Both the position numbers and the translations under genes were made by a program. This document shows positions 8,222 through 17,947 of a stretch of 64,000 bases of DNA, one piece after another; the first letter of the stretch is position 1; each line of letters starts with the position of its first letter. The notes below the pieces were generated by a model, which was given only the letters and a program-made list of their open reading frames with translations, ran no database searches and was not told the DNA's origin. The stretch is from Thermoplasmata archaeon. GTDB lineage: Archaea; Thermoplasmatota; Thermoplasmata; Lutacidiplasmatales; UBA184. The DNA is taken from the NCBI GenBank assembly GCA_021826685.1, contig JAKAYT010000003.1:7980-71979 (forward strand), given 5' to 3'.

Positions 8222-8620
8222 GGACGACTTGTGGTACGTCCTTCGCAATCGGGGGAGCGCCTACGCCTTCATCCGGGATCTGGTCCGCGTCTGTGAGAGT
8301 GAGTAGGGGGTCAGAGCAACTCCGGCTCGTAGTCAGCTCCGCGTGACGGAACAGCTACATGCTCAGCAGGCAATTACTTGTTTGCTCGGGAGGAGCCCCA
8401 GCAGGACGCTCGCGGAGCGTTACGACCGTTCTTCGGTCGGGTCACTCTTCGCGACATGTCCACCGTGCGGGGGAAACCGGCTGTAGCCGCCTCCCGGGCA
8501 ACCGATGCCTTACCGGTTTAGCACTCCTCTCGTTCCGGGCGGTCCATGGTATCCGCGGCGTCAAATGAGATGGACGAGCGGTTCTTACCCACGGAAGGGC
8601 TCTACCAATAGCGAAGTACG

Positions 8621-9199
8621 ATGCCGCGAACCCGGTCCTCATCAGTGATTCCCCACTTGGCGCGAGAACAAGCCAACGCGGTGGTGCTCTACCTCCAGTA
8701 CAAGGGTTACCATTGGAACGTGGCCGGGCCTCTGTTCCGAGAGCTCCACTTGCAGTTCGACGAGCACGCGGAGAAAGTACTGAGCACCATAGATCCTCTC
8801 GCCGAGCGACAGCGGATGCTCGGATTCCCCGCCCCGTACCGCTGGGCGGATCTCCACGCAGCCTCGAGCCTCCCGAAGGAAGAGGACTTGCCCCGTAGCC
8901 CTCGCGAGATGGTGGAGCGGCTCCTGGTCGCCCACCGAATCGTCATCGAAGGGATGCACGAGGGCTTCCAGAGCGCCGAGTCCGACTCGGATCCGGGAAG
9001 TGCGGACCTCTTCGCCCGGATGGTTCAGGAACACCAGAAGATGGAGTGGTTCCTCCGTGAATTGGCCAGCGATGCCCCGTCCTTGCGGGAGGAGCCCCAG
9101 ACGGTACGGGCCCCGATGGGGGTCGCCGACGTTCTCGTGACCCGAGTCACGCCACCCCACGTGCCCTCTCCGATCCCCGGGCCCAACTCGGGCTCCTGA
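8621..9199 (+). CDS. dps: Dps family DNA-protection/ferritin-like protein
   Basis: YLQYKGYHWNVAGPLFRELHLQFDEHAEKVLSTIDPLAERQRMLG is the Dps ferroxidase-site block. Confidence 0.85.
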   Translation: MPRTRSSSVIPHLAREQANAVVLYLQYKGYHWNVAGPLFRELHLQFDEHAEKVLSTIDPLAERQRMLGFPAPYRWADLHAASSLPKEEDLPRSPREMVERLLVAHRIVIEGMHEGFQSAESDSDPGSADLFARMVQEHQKMEWFLRELASDAPSLREEPQTVRAPMGVADVLVTRVTPPHVPSPIPGPNSGS

Positions 9200-9395
9200 T
9201 GGTTCGCGACGGTCGCGGCGCACCCCATCGCGGTCGCTTCGGCCCGTTGGTCCCGGAAGGCATGAGTCCGCGCGATCGTAGGTAGGGACAGGAAAGGGTG
9301 CTGAGGTCTCACCCCCGCCCTATCCACCGATCCCCACGGGATCGATGGGCCGGACCCCCGACGCAACGACCCGGTTTCGAAGCTCCGGTCCCGGG

Positions 9396-10601
9396 TTACG
9401 ATTGCACGCCCGGGACGGTCTCAGCCGTTTCGGAACGGACGGGATCGTTTTTCGCGCCCGTACCGAACGCCGGCAGGAGAGGGACGATCGTCGGTAGCTC
9501 GGTGGGAGGCCGGTACTCCGACGGGGGCTGGCCGGAAATGCGAACGACCTTCTCGGCGACGCTCCCACAGTATCCGCACTCCGAGCACGTGCGATGCTCG
9601 CAGTCGGTCATGGCGATCCGTTTGAGGAAGCCGGAGGGGAACGCATCGTTGTCGATCGTGACGTCACGAAGGCGGCCGAATGCTTCGCGCAGGGGCTCCA
9701 CGATCTCCGGAGACACGCCTCGTTCGGACAGGATCGAGAGGGCCCGGGACGGGCCCTTGATCTGGACGAAGCTCAGGATGTCGAGGAGGTTCCCGTGATA
9801 GCGGCGTTCGGTGTACGCGCGGGCCACCTGCACGAGCCAGTCGGTCGGCCGGTTGCGGCCGGAGATCTTGAAGCGATGGACTCCCGCCTCCTCGTAGACC
9901 GCGAGATCTTCGGGACGGACCCAGATCGACGAGATGAGCTTCTCGGGGTCGCGCACGACCTCGAGACCGCACTCGAGGAGGGGGAACTCGAACCAAAGAT
10001 GATTGCCGCCGGGCTGGGAACACAGCGAGCTCGTGTTGAGATGGTGAGCCCGAAATGGGCACTCGCGGATGCACGTCTGGTTAGTGAGGATCTCGACCCG
10101 GGCCCCCGTTCGGACCAGCCCCCGGATGAGCGGGAAGTCTCGGTTTCCCTCCTCGAGGATGATGGTGTCGGCGCCGAGCCTCACGTAATACTCCGCTTGG
10201 CTGACGGACCGAATCCGGGCAAAGGAGGAAACCGAGAGCGGGACCTCGGGGTACGCGCGATGGACCGCTTCCAGGAGAGCGGGGATCGCGATGACGAACC
10301 CGTCGACGCCGAGGTCCAGGAACTCCGCGACCTCCTTCAGGAAGCGGTCCAGGAAACCGGGCCCATACTCCTTGAGCCCGAGGTCGTTGCTGTTGAGCGT
10401 CGCGTAGAACTCCCTTCCGGTCCGATGCACCGCTCGAAGGTGGCGGCGGAACCCTTCCGGATCCATCTCCGGGAGGATGTAGGGCGGTCGACCTCCTCCC
10501 GTGAGAGACACCGGGAACCCCCCGAAGAAAGTGCGAACGGGGAGATCGGAGACGCGGTCGGGGAGAGCGTCATCCATATTGGACGCTAGCACGAGTTCCA
10601 T
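9396..10601 (-). CDS. Peptidase U32 family protein with C-terminal Cys cluster
   Basis: U32-like TIM-barrel pattern: MELVLASN, REFYATLNSN, LDLGVDGFVIAIPALLEAV, LGADTIILEEGNRDFPLI. C-terminal CEHRTCSECGYC. Alternative starts at 10628 (ATG) and 10646 (GTG). Confidence 0.55.
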   Translation of the reverse strand: MELVLASNMDDALPDRVSDLPVRTFFGGFPVSLTGGGRPPYILPEMDPEGFRRHLRAVHRTGREFYATLNSNDLGLKEYGPGFLDRFLKEVAEFLDLGVDGFVIAIPALLEAVHRAYPEVPLSVSSFARIRSVSQAEYYVRLGADTIILEEGNRDFPLIRGLVRTGARVEILTNQTCIRECPFRAHHLNTSSLCSQPGGNHLWFEFPLLECGLEVVRDPEKLISSIWVRPEDLAVYEEAGVHRFKISGRNRPTDWLVQVARAYTERRYHGNLLDILSFVQIKGPSRALSILSERGVSPEIVEPLREAFGRLRDVTIDNDAFPSGFLKRIAMTDCEHRTCSECGYCGSVAEKVVRISGQPPSEYRPPTELPTIVPLLPAFGTGAKNDPVRSETAETVPGVQS

Positions 10602-10691
10602 GAGCCCCCGACGGAGGCCGCGCGGCATGTCACCCTGACCCCGCACCGGTGCGGGATAATCGGCTTGGCCCGTCGATTCCTCTCCGTCTCC

Positions 10692-11096
10692 ATGACAGCT
10701 CCAGTTTCCTCACCGGTGTCGCTCGATCGAGTGCGAAACGAGATCGAGAGCGTCGATCGGTCGATCGTGCTCCTCCTCGCAGCACGGCTGGACGCCGCTC
10801 GACGAGCGCTCTCCCTGCGCGCCCCGTCCGAGCACCGCGTGACGGACCCGGGTCAGGAGCGTCAGGTGTTGAGCCGCGCGCAGGCCTGGGCCCAAGATCT
10901 TGGTCTCCCGGCCCCGCTAGTGGAAGGGCTCTTTCGCGCCCTGATCGAGGAGGGAAAGGCTCGCTACGGGGATCGAACGCGGGCCGCGCCGGAACCGGGT
11001 TTCGTTACCGTGCTGGTGGACGCGCCCGAGCCCGGCTCCCTCGCGCTAGGGGACGCCGAAACTCCGGAGCCTCTCCCCATACCGGGTTCCCGCTAA
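10692..11096 (+). CDS. Chorismate mutase (AroQ type)
   Basis: LDRVRNEIESVDRSIVLLLAARLDAARRA...ERQVLSRAQAWAQDLGLPAPLVEGLFRALIEEGKA is a CM_2 helical domain. The track ORF starts at TTG 10665. Confidence 0.7.
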   Translation: MTAPVSSPVSLDRVRNEIESVDRSIVLLLAARLDAARRALSLRAPSEHRVTDPGQERQVLSRAQAWAQDLGLPAPLVEGLFRALIEEGKARYGDRTRAAPEPGFVTVLVDAPEPGSLALGDAETPEPLPIPGSR

Positions 11097-11795
11097 CTTC
11101 GCGGTCGCTCTTCGTAGGATCTCCAGCGCCGACGATCGCCCGGTGCCCAAGGCCCGGGCCACGTCGCCGAGCGATGCCCGGCGCGGATAGTCAAAATAGC
11201 CCTGCTGGTAGGCAACCTTCAGCGCCCGATCCTGGCGGGCGGTGAGGGCCATTGCGGACGGCGGGAGCTTCGGGCGAGCTACTGCGACCCGCCCTCGCGC
11301 ACCTTCGGGCACGTCGTGGAGGAGCGCCGGGATCCGGGCTCCTCGCGGCAGGATCACGCTCCAACGACCCTCTTCCTCGTACGAGAGCAACGGGCACGAC
11401 ACGCAGATCCCCCCGGCCCGGTAGGTGGCGATGCATATCGGCGGCGCCGGCTCGCTCAGCCGCAGGAGCACGCGGCCACGATCCAGTCGGGCTACCGCGA
11501 GATTTCGATAGCGGAACCGTCGGCGCAGCGTGATCAGAAAGTGGTCCACCCGTTCCTCCGCGATCCGGACATCCAGCCACCGCACGAGTCGACGGGGTCC
11601 GGACTCGGTCAACCGGCACGCTACGAGGCGGGACTCCGCGCCTTCTCGCTGGAAAAGCGCGGACAAAGGACGGTCCTCTCGTCGATGATCCAGACGTACC
11701 TCGAGCAGCGGGGGAACCTCGGACGCGGCGGAGGCGCTTTTCGCGTTCCGAAGGGCCCGAACGACCGGACGAGGAAGGTGGCGGGCCGCGCACAT
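11046..11795 (-). CDS. HTH_10 (bacterio-opsin-activator-type) transcriptional regulator
   Basis: C-terminal LTARQDRALKVAYQQGYFDYPRRASLGDVARALGTGRSSALEILRRATAKL is the archaeal HTH_10 signature. The 3-prime end overlaps the convergent chorismate mutase gene by ~50 nt. Confidence 0.7.
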   Translation of the reverse strand: MCAARHLPRPVVRALRNAKSASAASEVPPLLEVRLDHRREDRPLSALFQREGAESRLVACRLTESGPRRLVRWLDVRIAEERVDHFLITLRRRFRYRNLAVARLDRGRVLLRLSEPAPPICIATYRAGGICVSCPLLSYEEEGRWSVILPRGARIPALLHDVPEGARGRVAVARPKLPPSAMALTARQDRALKVAYQQGYFDYPRRASLGDVARALGTGRSSALEILRRATAKLAGTRYGERLRSFGVP

Positions 11796-11990
11796 GTTCG
11801 GATCGGCGTTCGAGCCCGTACGAGGCTATGAACGTGCCGTTAACGTGCATCGCTTTCGGCCCGGGAGGCTCCCGGCGCCGGGAATGCTCCCCACGAGGAG
11901 CGCAGTCGAGTTCGTGAAGTCGGGTGGAGCGAGCCGCGATGAATCCCGAGGGAAGGTTGACCCCGCCCTTCATGGGCAGGAAGGAACGGT

Positions 11991-12479
11991 ATGGCAGAGA
12001 AGCGACCGGCACGTGCCCCGCAGCGTCAATTGGCGATCCCACGGACGACGACCAGCCTCGAAAAATACGTCGACCGGGCTCTCGAGAACCTGAGGAGCGA
12101 AGTGCTCTTCGAGTTCCCGAGATACGACCTGTTCGAGAGTGAACCGCAGGGCCGCTGGCTGGTCGCTCCCACGGATATCGTGGACCAGGGGGATCTCTAC
12201 GAGGTCCGGGCGGATCTTCCCGGCGTTCGCAAGGAGAACGTCGAAGTTTCCCTTGTGGGGCGAACCTTGCAGGTAGAGGGGAAGGAGATGCGGGAGAAGG
12301 AAGAGAAGGGGAAGAACTACGTCACTCGCGAACGCGCCTACGGCGGTTTCTCGCGAAGCGTCCTCCTCCCCGAAGACGTCGTTTCGGACAAGATCTCAGC
12401 GAAGTACGAGGACGGCGTATTGACCGTCACCGTGCCCAAGGCCCATCCCGAGCCTACGCGGAAGATCCCGGTGGCCTAG
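11991..12479 (+). CDS. hsp20: Hsp20/alpha-crystallin small heat-shock protein
   Basis: DIVDQGDLYEVRADLPGVRKENVEVSLVGRTLQVEG...RERAYGGFSRSVLLPEDVVSDKISAKYEDGVLTVTVPK. Confidence 0.9.
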   Translation: MAEKRPARAPQRQLAIPRTTTSLEKYVDRALENLRSEVLFEFPRYDLFESEPQGRWLVAPTDIVDQGDLYEVRADLPGVRKENVEVSLVGRTLQVEGKEMREKEEKGKNYVTRERAYGGFSRSVLLPEDVVSDKISAKYEDGVLTVTVPKAHPEPTRKIPVA

Positions 12480-12627
12480 GAATACACCGCCTCGCTCCGA
12501 CCGCACCGACCGGGGTGATCGACGGCGCCCGCACCCCGGTCCCCGCGAGGGGGGTATCCCCTGCCATGTCGCCGCTCGGCCGGAAGAGGTGGCGAAACCA
12601 GGCCTGCCGAAACCGAAATGCGCACTC

Positions 12628-13374
12628 TCAGGTCGCGGCCCTCCGGGCCATCGCCATGAGCTGCGAGGGCATCGTGATCCCGTAGCGAAGAGCCAGTGCC
12701 ACGATGTGCTTACAGGGGAGGCGTCGCGCCCGACGTCCCGGTAATGGCGTCCGAGCCCAGCGTGCGGTCCAGGCAGGACACTCGCACTGCATTGGATTGA
12801 GCTGGACGCGATACCTGCCGTTCGCGATCCAACGCCCGTCCCGTTCTTCAAGCCGAACGTCCTTCGCCCGTTCCATCACCCGTTCCAGGGCCTGCTCCCG
12901 GAGTTCCTCCCGCTCCGCGGCCCGATGGAGACCGGCGTCGAGCGCCCGAGCGACGGCCAAGTTGAGTTCGGGGTCTTCCGGCACCGAGGGCTCCACACGA
13001 AGCCACTCGAACTGATCGATCAGGGGTTGCATCCGACGGGCCGCGCGCGTGGCTCGTCGGTATGCGAGAGGTTCCTCCTCCGCGAGAACGCGGGCTGTAG
13101 CGGGCCTCGGAACACGAATTCGAAGCCGCCGGCATCCCTCTCGCAGTGCCGCGTTCAACCCCTTGCGAACCGCCGCGAGCTCCGCGGCGATGAGGGTCCG
13201 ATCTTGTTGGTGCGTCGCCGTGCCGATCGGCCCGGGTCCGATGGGAGTGGTCAGCCGCCAACCGATGCCGGATGTGTGGGTACTTTTCTCCAGAACGGCG
13301 GCCACGGCCAGACGGCACTCTTTCGTGGGCCGGGCCTTCGTCCACGAGCGCGTCGATGCGGCCGCGCGCGCCAC
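12628..13374 (-). CDS. SWIM zinc-finger protein with possible degenerate RNase H-like N-terminal domain
   Basis: C-terminal CECPAW...LPCKHIVALAL gives a CxC-x(n)-CxH SWIM pattern. The N-terminal AAELAAVRKGLNAALREGCRRLRIRV ... EDPELNLAVARALDAGL resembles an RVT_3/RNase H fold, but the catalytic Asp residues are not evident. Confidence 0.6.
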   Translation of the reverse strand: MARAAASTRSWTKARPTKECRLAVAAVLEKSTHTSGIGWRLTTPIGPGPIGTATHQQDRTLIAAELAAVRKGLNAALREGCRRLRIRVPRPATARVLAEEEPLAYRRATRAARRMQPLIDQFEWLRVEPSVPEDPELNLAVARALDAGLHRAAEREELREQALERVMERAKDVRLEERDGRWIANGRYRVQLNPMQCECPAWTARWARTPLPGRRARRLPCKHIVALALRYGITMPSQLMAMARRAAT

Positions 13375-13383
13375 GGATTCCCC

Positions 13384-14241
13384 TCACGCCGGTTGGTGTA
13401 CGGGTAGGAAGGTAAGGAACCACTCCCGGGCCCGGCGAGAAACCTCCTCGAGCGCGCCGGGCTCTTCGAAGAGGTGCGTCGCGCCCGGGATCACGATCAA
13501 CTTCTTCGGACCGACGAGCTTCCGATAGGTGGCCTCGTTGAGCCTTCGGATCTCGGGATCGCGTCCGCCGACCAGAAGTAACGTGGGGGAACGGACATCC
13601 CACGCCCTCGCATCGGCGAGATCGCTCCGGGCCCCTCGAAGCACCACCGCACGTATGGCGTCGGGCCGCGATGCCGCAGCGATGAGGGCCGCGGCCCCGC
13701 CGGTGCTCGCCCCGTAGAGGCCCAACGGGATCCCTCGGGTCTCGCTCCACTGGGCCACCCAGTCGATGACCTCGCCGAGGCGACCGGAGAGCCGAGGGAT
13801 GTCGAATCGATACTCGCCGGTCGTCAGATCCCTCCGTTCCTCCTCCGGAGTCAATAGGTCAAAGAGAAGGGTCGCGATTCCCGAGGTTTGCAGCTCTGCG
13901 GCGACCCAACGATTCCGAGGGCTCTTTCGACTGCTGCCGCTCCCGTGGGCAAATACGACGATCCCCAAGGATCCCAAGGGTAGCGCGAGGTCGCCACGGA
14001 TCCCCCCCCGCCCGAGCGGGATCGCGACCTCCTGGGTCTTCGGCAGGCTTTCGACGGTACCGTCGCCCGGAAGGGTTCGAGACGGGGGGCGGGGTGGGGC
14101 GGGGTCGGTGGGTTCGACCACCGCATACTCTGCGCGAGGGCCGGTTGCACGCTCCCCGAGTGCTTCGGAGGCGGCTACGGCCTGTTCCCTCCTCGTAGTG
14201 GGTGTGTCGCGGCGGCGTCTCGACTTCGGGTCGTAGCGCAT
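13384..14241 (-). CDS. Dienelactone hydrolase-like alpha/beta hydrolase
   Basis: VVFAHGSGSSRKSPRNRWVAAEL, nucleophile elbow LYGASTGG, and PGATHLFEEPGALEEV. The N-terminal ~60 aa are low complexity, so the true start may be internal. Confidence 0.8.
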   Translation of the reverse strand: MRYDPKSRRRRDTPTTRREQAVAASEALGERATGPRAEYAVVEPTDPAPPRPPSRTLPGDGTVESLPKTQEVAIPLGRGGIRGDLALPLGSLGIVVFAHGSGSSRKSPRNRWVAAELQTSGIATLLFDLLTPEEERRDLTTGEYRFDIPRLSGRLGEVIDWVAQWSETRGIPLGLYGASTGGAAALIAAASRPDAIRAVVLRGARSDLADARAWDVRSPTLLLVGGRDPEIRRLNEATYRKLVGPKKLIVIPGATHLFEEPGALEEVSRRAREWFLTFLPVHQPA

Positions 14242-14304
14242 ACGCGATCGTCCTGCCGGGGCCCCCCGACAGGGCGGTCGTGGTCGTCCGAGAATGTAGG
14301 GCGT

Positions 14305-15918
14305 ATGTCAGCTCGATTTCACGCCCCCCACGGGGCCGCCGCGACCGCCGACCGTCGAAGGTGGCTCTTTCATCCTCCCGTTGCGTTGGAATCCGCTGTC
14401 GGGCTCGCGCCGTACGCCGACGCGAAGGAGGGCAGCGTGACGAAGCCGATCTTCACGGAAACAGTAGACCTTCCGGAACGCCTCCCAATCGCAACCTCCC
14501 TCGCCCTGGCCACGGCCTTCCGCACGTACTATCTGGCTCTGCAGAGGACCGGCTCCTCTGCGTTGACCTTCCGGACCTGGCGAGACGAGGCGAGCGGGCG
14601 TACCGAGTACTACTGGTCGGTACCCACCGCAGCGGCGGAGTCCTCCTCCGAAACGCCTGCAAACTTTCACGTGATCATCACGCCCGAGGACCTGCGCATC
14701 CAGATTGCCTCCGAGCAACCCGTGGACGAGACGGCGCGAAAGGGGCTGCAAAGGACCGTCGATGACATTCGAGAGTTCGTTACCAGATTCCTGGAGTATG
14801 CACAACGGGCCACCATCTACGCGGTCGTTCCACCGTATCCGGAGTCCCCCGGGGAGGCGGGGAGGGGCTCCGGCAACAGCGCGCTCCGACGGATATTCCT
14901 CGGGAATTCCACCAACCTCTTCCTGATCGCGATCTTGTTCACCTTCCCCGCGGTCTTCTTCATCGGTTACTACGCGCTCGTGCTCATCCTCGCCGTCCAA
15001 GGCGTACTGCTGTACTTCTCGGACGATATCGCTCTGCGCATGGGGTCGGTCGAACTCTCCGCGGATCGGCCCCGATGCACGGTCGTGGGGGTGGCGCGCC
15101 CGCTCAAGGACCCGCCCACGGTACCGGTGCGAGCGCCCCGGGCGACTCCCGCGTTGCGCACCCGCATCCGGAGCACGATGGTCGATTCCCTCGCGACCGG
15201 GAGCAATCCCGGCCCGGCCCTAGTCCGGGCGCTGCGCGACGAGCGCGTGGATTGTTCGGAGAAGGATGTCGAAGTCACGACCCGTGACGTCTATCACCTC
15301 GTCGAGGAGGAGGCCCGGCGCTTCGGGGTCCCGGTGCCGAAGGTCGTCGTCAGCGAGTCTCCGATGGCGAACGCGGCATCGGCCGGAGTCTCGCGTCGAC
15401 GCTCGGCGATGATGATCACGGCCGGATCCGTTCAGGATCTCTCGGACGCCGAGCTCGGGGCCGTAATCGGCCACGAGTTCGGGCACATCCGGGGGCGCGA
15501 CCCGGTCCTCCTCTTTCTGGTGAGCACCGTGCTCTACCTGGGCGCGCTCTTCGCATGGCCATCCGTGCTCCTCTACCTCGGCCTTTGGTACTTCGTCCTG
15601 GTTTTCATCGCGATCTTCGTCGTCGGCAAGATCCTCGAGACCCGGGCCGACACGCTCGCGGCGAACGTACTCGATCGGCCGATCGATCTCAGCGCGGCGC
15701 TCACACGCATCGGATACGAGGAACTCTACGCCGAGCAGCGTTCCCCCCACGCGCGCGTGTTCTCCTGGTTCCTGCCGGATCCGCATCCTCCGATCTACTT
15801 CCGTGCCCGACGCCTCGCCTACATGGCGATGACCGGCCAGCGCGCCCGGCACCTTTTCCTTTACTCGGGCCGGGATTGCCTTCGCGGGTTCGCCTCGGCG
15901 CTGTTGGGTCGAGAGTAG
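14305..15918 (+). CDS. M48-family (HtpX-like) zinc metalloprotease with extra N-terminal domain
   Basis: HExxH in AVIGHEFGHIRGRD, flanked by hydrophobic helices (LFLIAILFTFPAVFFIGYYALVLILAV; VLLFLVSTVLYLGALFAWPSVLLYLGLWYFVLVFIAIFVV). About 190 aa of soluble sequence precede the first TM segment. Confidence 0.75.
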   Translation: MSARFHAPHGAAATADRRRWLFHPPVALESAVGLAPYADAKEGSVTKPIFTETVDLPERLPIATSLALATAFRTYYLALQRTGSSALTFRTWRDEASGRTEYYWSVPTAAAESSSETPANFHVIITPEDLRIQIASEQPVDETARKGLQRTVDDIREFVTRFLEYAQRATIYAVVPPYPESPGEAGRGSGNSALRRIFLGNSTNLFLIAILFTFPAVFFIGYYALVLILAVQGVLLYFSDDIALRMGSVELSADRPRCTVVGVARPLKDPPTVPVRAPRATPALRTRIRSTMVDSLATGSNPGPALVRALRDERVDCSEKDVEVTTRDVYHLVEEEARRFGVPVPKVVVSESPMANAASAGVSRRRSAMMITAGSVQDLSDAELGAVIGHEFGHIRGRDPVLLFLVSTVLYLGALFAWPSVLLYLGLWYFVLVFIAIFVVGKILETRADTLAANVLDRPIDLSAALTRIGYEELYAEQRSPHARVFSWFLPDPHPPIYFRARRLAYMAMTGQRARHLFLYSGRDCLRGFASALLGRE

Positions 15919-16002
15919 CCGGGCGGCCCGCGGAACGAGGGAGAAGCCCGCGATCGCCCGCCCGTCTCGGGTGGAGAGAGGTCGATTTGTACTGGAACAC
16001 CG

Positions 16003-16254
16003 GTGCGGACTTCCATGGTGCTCACGAAACGTTCGGCGATGGCACCGGACGGAGCGTTCTGCTTCGGGTGCAACCGAGGGTTCGGGCAAGGAAGCCCGGC
16101 CGTTGTATTCGTGACCGATCTCGTTCCCGACTCCGACCGGGCCGAGGTCGCCGGACTCTACTTCCATCCGGGCCACCTGATCCGCTACGCCCACCGTAGG
16201 AACTGGACGGAGCTCGCGAACTACATCGAGGCCCATGGGGCCTTGAACTTCTGA
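16003..16254 (+). CDS. Hypothetical small protein
   Basis: 83-aa ORF directly after the M48 gene with non-shadow composition (LYFHPGHLIRYAHRRNWTELANYIEAHGALNF). No family recognised and the start is uncertain. Confidence 0.3.
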   Translation: MRTSMVLTKRSAMAPDGAFCFGCNRGFGQGSPAVVFVTDLVPDSDRAEVAGLYFHPGHLIRYAHRRNWTELANYIEAHGALNF

Positions 16255-16460
16255 GCGGCATCTACCCTCGGCCCGGTAGCGCGCCGAGGCGGACCTGCCC
16301 GACGGCCGGCGTGCGGTCTGGCGACGTCGACCGGAGGGGAGCGCCCCACGAAGGGGGGCCACGCCGCCGCCCTCAGGGATGGCCTTGGATCGCCCGCACC
16401 CGGTAATCGATCATCTCGGGCCCGTCCATGCGATGGGACGAACGCGCGATCGCAGCGTGG

Positions 16461-16817
16461 CTAGAGGGCTTTCTCCGCGATCTGGCCGAGCTCGCTGCTG
16501 ACGAAACCGACGATCTGCTGGGAGATCGCCCGCCGGACATCCTCGGGGAGCGTGGAGACCCCGAGCCGGGCGGTCAACGCGCCCACCCGTAGAAGGGCCC
16601 CGTACTCACGCGCTCGGGCTTCTAGGAGCTGGTGGATCGCCTCGCGGAGGTCGGCCGCGAGCCTCGGGTCGTCCTTGAGCTTCTTCTCGATATAATGGCG
16701 TATCTCGTCTTTGACGATATCCCGGGTCGCCTCGCTGACCAGCTCTTCGGGGCGCAACAGGTCTTGCGTGCTTCGGACCAGCAGGTCGAGCGGATCGCCC
16801 TCATACTCTTCCGTCAT
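16461..16817 (-). CDS. Hypothetical helical protein
   Basis: 118-aa ORF with Lys/Glu/Asp-rich balanced composition (DIVKDEIRHYIEKKLKDDPRLAADLREAIHQLLEARAREYG). No family recognised. Confidence 0.5.
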   Translation of the reverse strand: MTEEYEGDPLDLLVRSTQDLLRPEELVSEATRDIVKDEIRHYIEKKLKDDPRLAADLREAIHQLLEARAREYGALLRVGALTARLGVSTLPEDVRRAISQQIVGFVSSELGQIAEKAL

Positions 16818-17083
16818 CGTGCACCAACCCCGTGGATCCTTGGCGTCGGCCGCACTTGTAGCGTAGGTGAAGGAAGGTTCACGCGAGATCGTCGGCCGTG
16901 GGTCCTACGCGGCGGGGGGCGATCGGCGTCCGACCCGCTTCCGAGCGGGCGTTGTCTTCGGCATCTGTCTTGGAGTCCGGGCACGTCTCCCGGCCCATCC
17001 GCGTCCGGCTCCCTAACCGAACGACGGATAGGGGGCAGGGGGCCCTCGACGGACGGAACGGCGTTTCCGAAAGGTCCGGGCCG

Positions 17084-17947
17084 TTAGCGCTTTCCCGGGG
17101 GCCAGCCCTGGTCCCCCTCCACCCGGCTCATGAAACCGAGCACGACCCGGTCGAACTCCTGCGTCGCCGAGAGGTTGGGGGTGTGGTCCCCTTCGGAGAG
17201 CTCGACGTAGTGAGCACTGGGGACCTCGGCGGCGAACCGGCTCATCATCATGTTCAGCGCCGGATTATCGTGAGCGCCGGCGATGGAGAGGATGGGAACG
17301 CGTCCTGCGCGCAGGGTGGAGGCCACGGGGTGGCCCGGCCGCCGACCCGGTGGCTCGTCGCGGCTCATGAACTCGACGAAGTGATCGTAATTGTCCGCCG
17401 TGACCGCCCGCAGACGCTGGCGCTCGGCGGGAGGGACCTTCGGAGCCCAGATGTCGAGGATCTGCTCGATGGCCTCGGCCTTTCGACCGGCCTTCGCCAG
17501 CTCGAGGAGCCGTCGCTCCCGGTCGGCCCCGGCGTTGATGAACCGGTCCTCCTCCTCGGGCGTTGGCTCGAGGTCGTGCGGGTTCCCCGCCACCAGGACG
17601 AGCCCTTGGGTCCGGTCCGGAAGCCCGGCGGCGAACTCGCAGGCGATCCGAGCCCCGTCCGAATTCCCGAGGACGAACACTTCGACCAGGTTGAGGTGGT
17701 TCAGCACCGCTTCGAGGTCCTCGCTGTCCGACGAGTTCGTACGGTCGCCGACCGAGCGACCGCAGCCCCGAACATCGTACCGAACGACGGTGTGATGGGC
17801 GGCGTACGCCGCGAACTGCGGGTCCCACTCGCGTAGGTCGAGGAAGGCGGAATGGATCAGGACGATCGCGGGGCCCTGGCCCGCTCGCTCGAAGTAGATG
17901 TTTCCGTCGGGGACCGGGACCATGCCTTGGGTGGGCGGCGGGGCCAT
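17084..17947 (-). CDS. Alpha/beta-fold hydrolase
   Basis: GQGPAIVLIHSAFLDLREWDPQF...VVRYDVRGCGRS, nucleophile elbow VLGNSDGA, and GDHTPNL. Start moved to ATG 17947 because the upstream 117 codons of the track ORF are Arg/Gly-rich. Confidence 0.8.
   Translation of the reverse strand: MAPPPTQGMVPVPDGNIYFERAGQGPAIVLIHSAFLDLREWDPQFAAYAAHHTVVRYDVRGCGRSVGDRTNSSDSEDLEAVLNHLNLVEVFVLGNSDGARIACEFAAGLPDRTQGLVLVAGNPHDLEPTPEEEDRFINAGADRERRLLELAKAGRKAEAIEQILDIWAPKVPPAERQRLRAVTADNYDHFVEFMSRDEPPGRRPGHPVASTLRAGRVPILSIAGAHDNPALNMMMSRFAAEVPSAHYVELSEGDHTPNLSATQEFDRVVLGFMSRVEGDQGWPPGKR

Noticed and set aside
16376-16432. 18-codon minus-strand ORF (MDGPEMIDYRVRAIQGHP) downstream of the 118-aa hypothetical gene
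   Set aside because: It is too short, has no supporting signal, and is probably chance.
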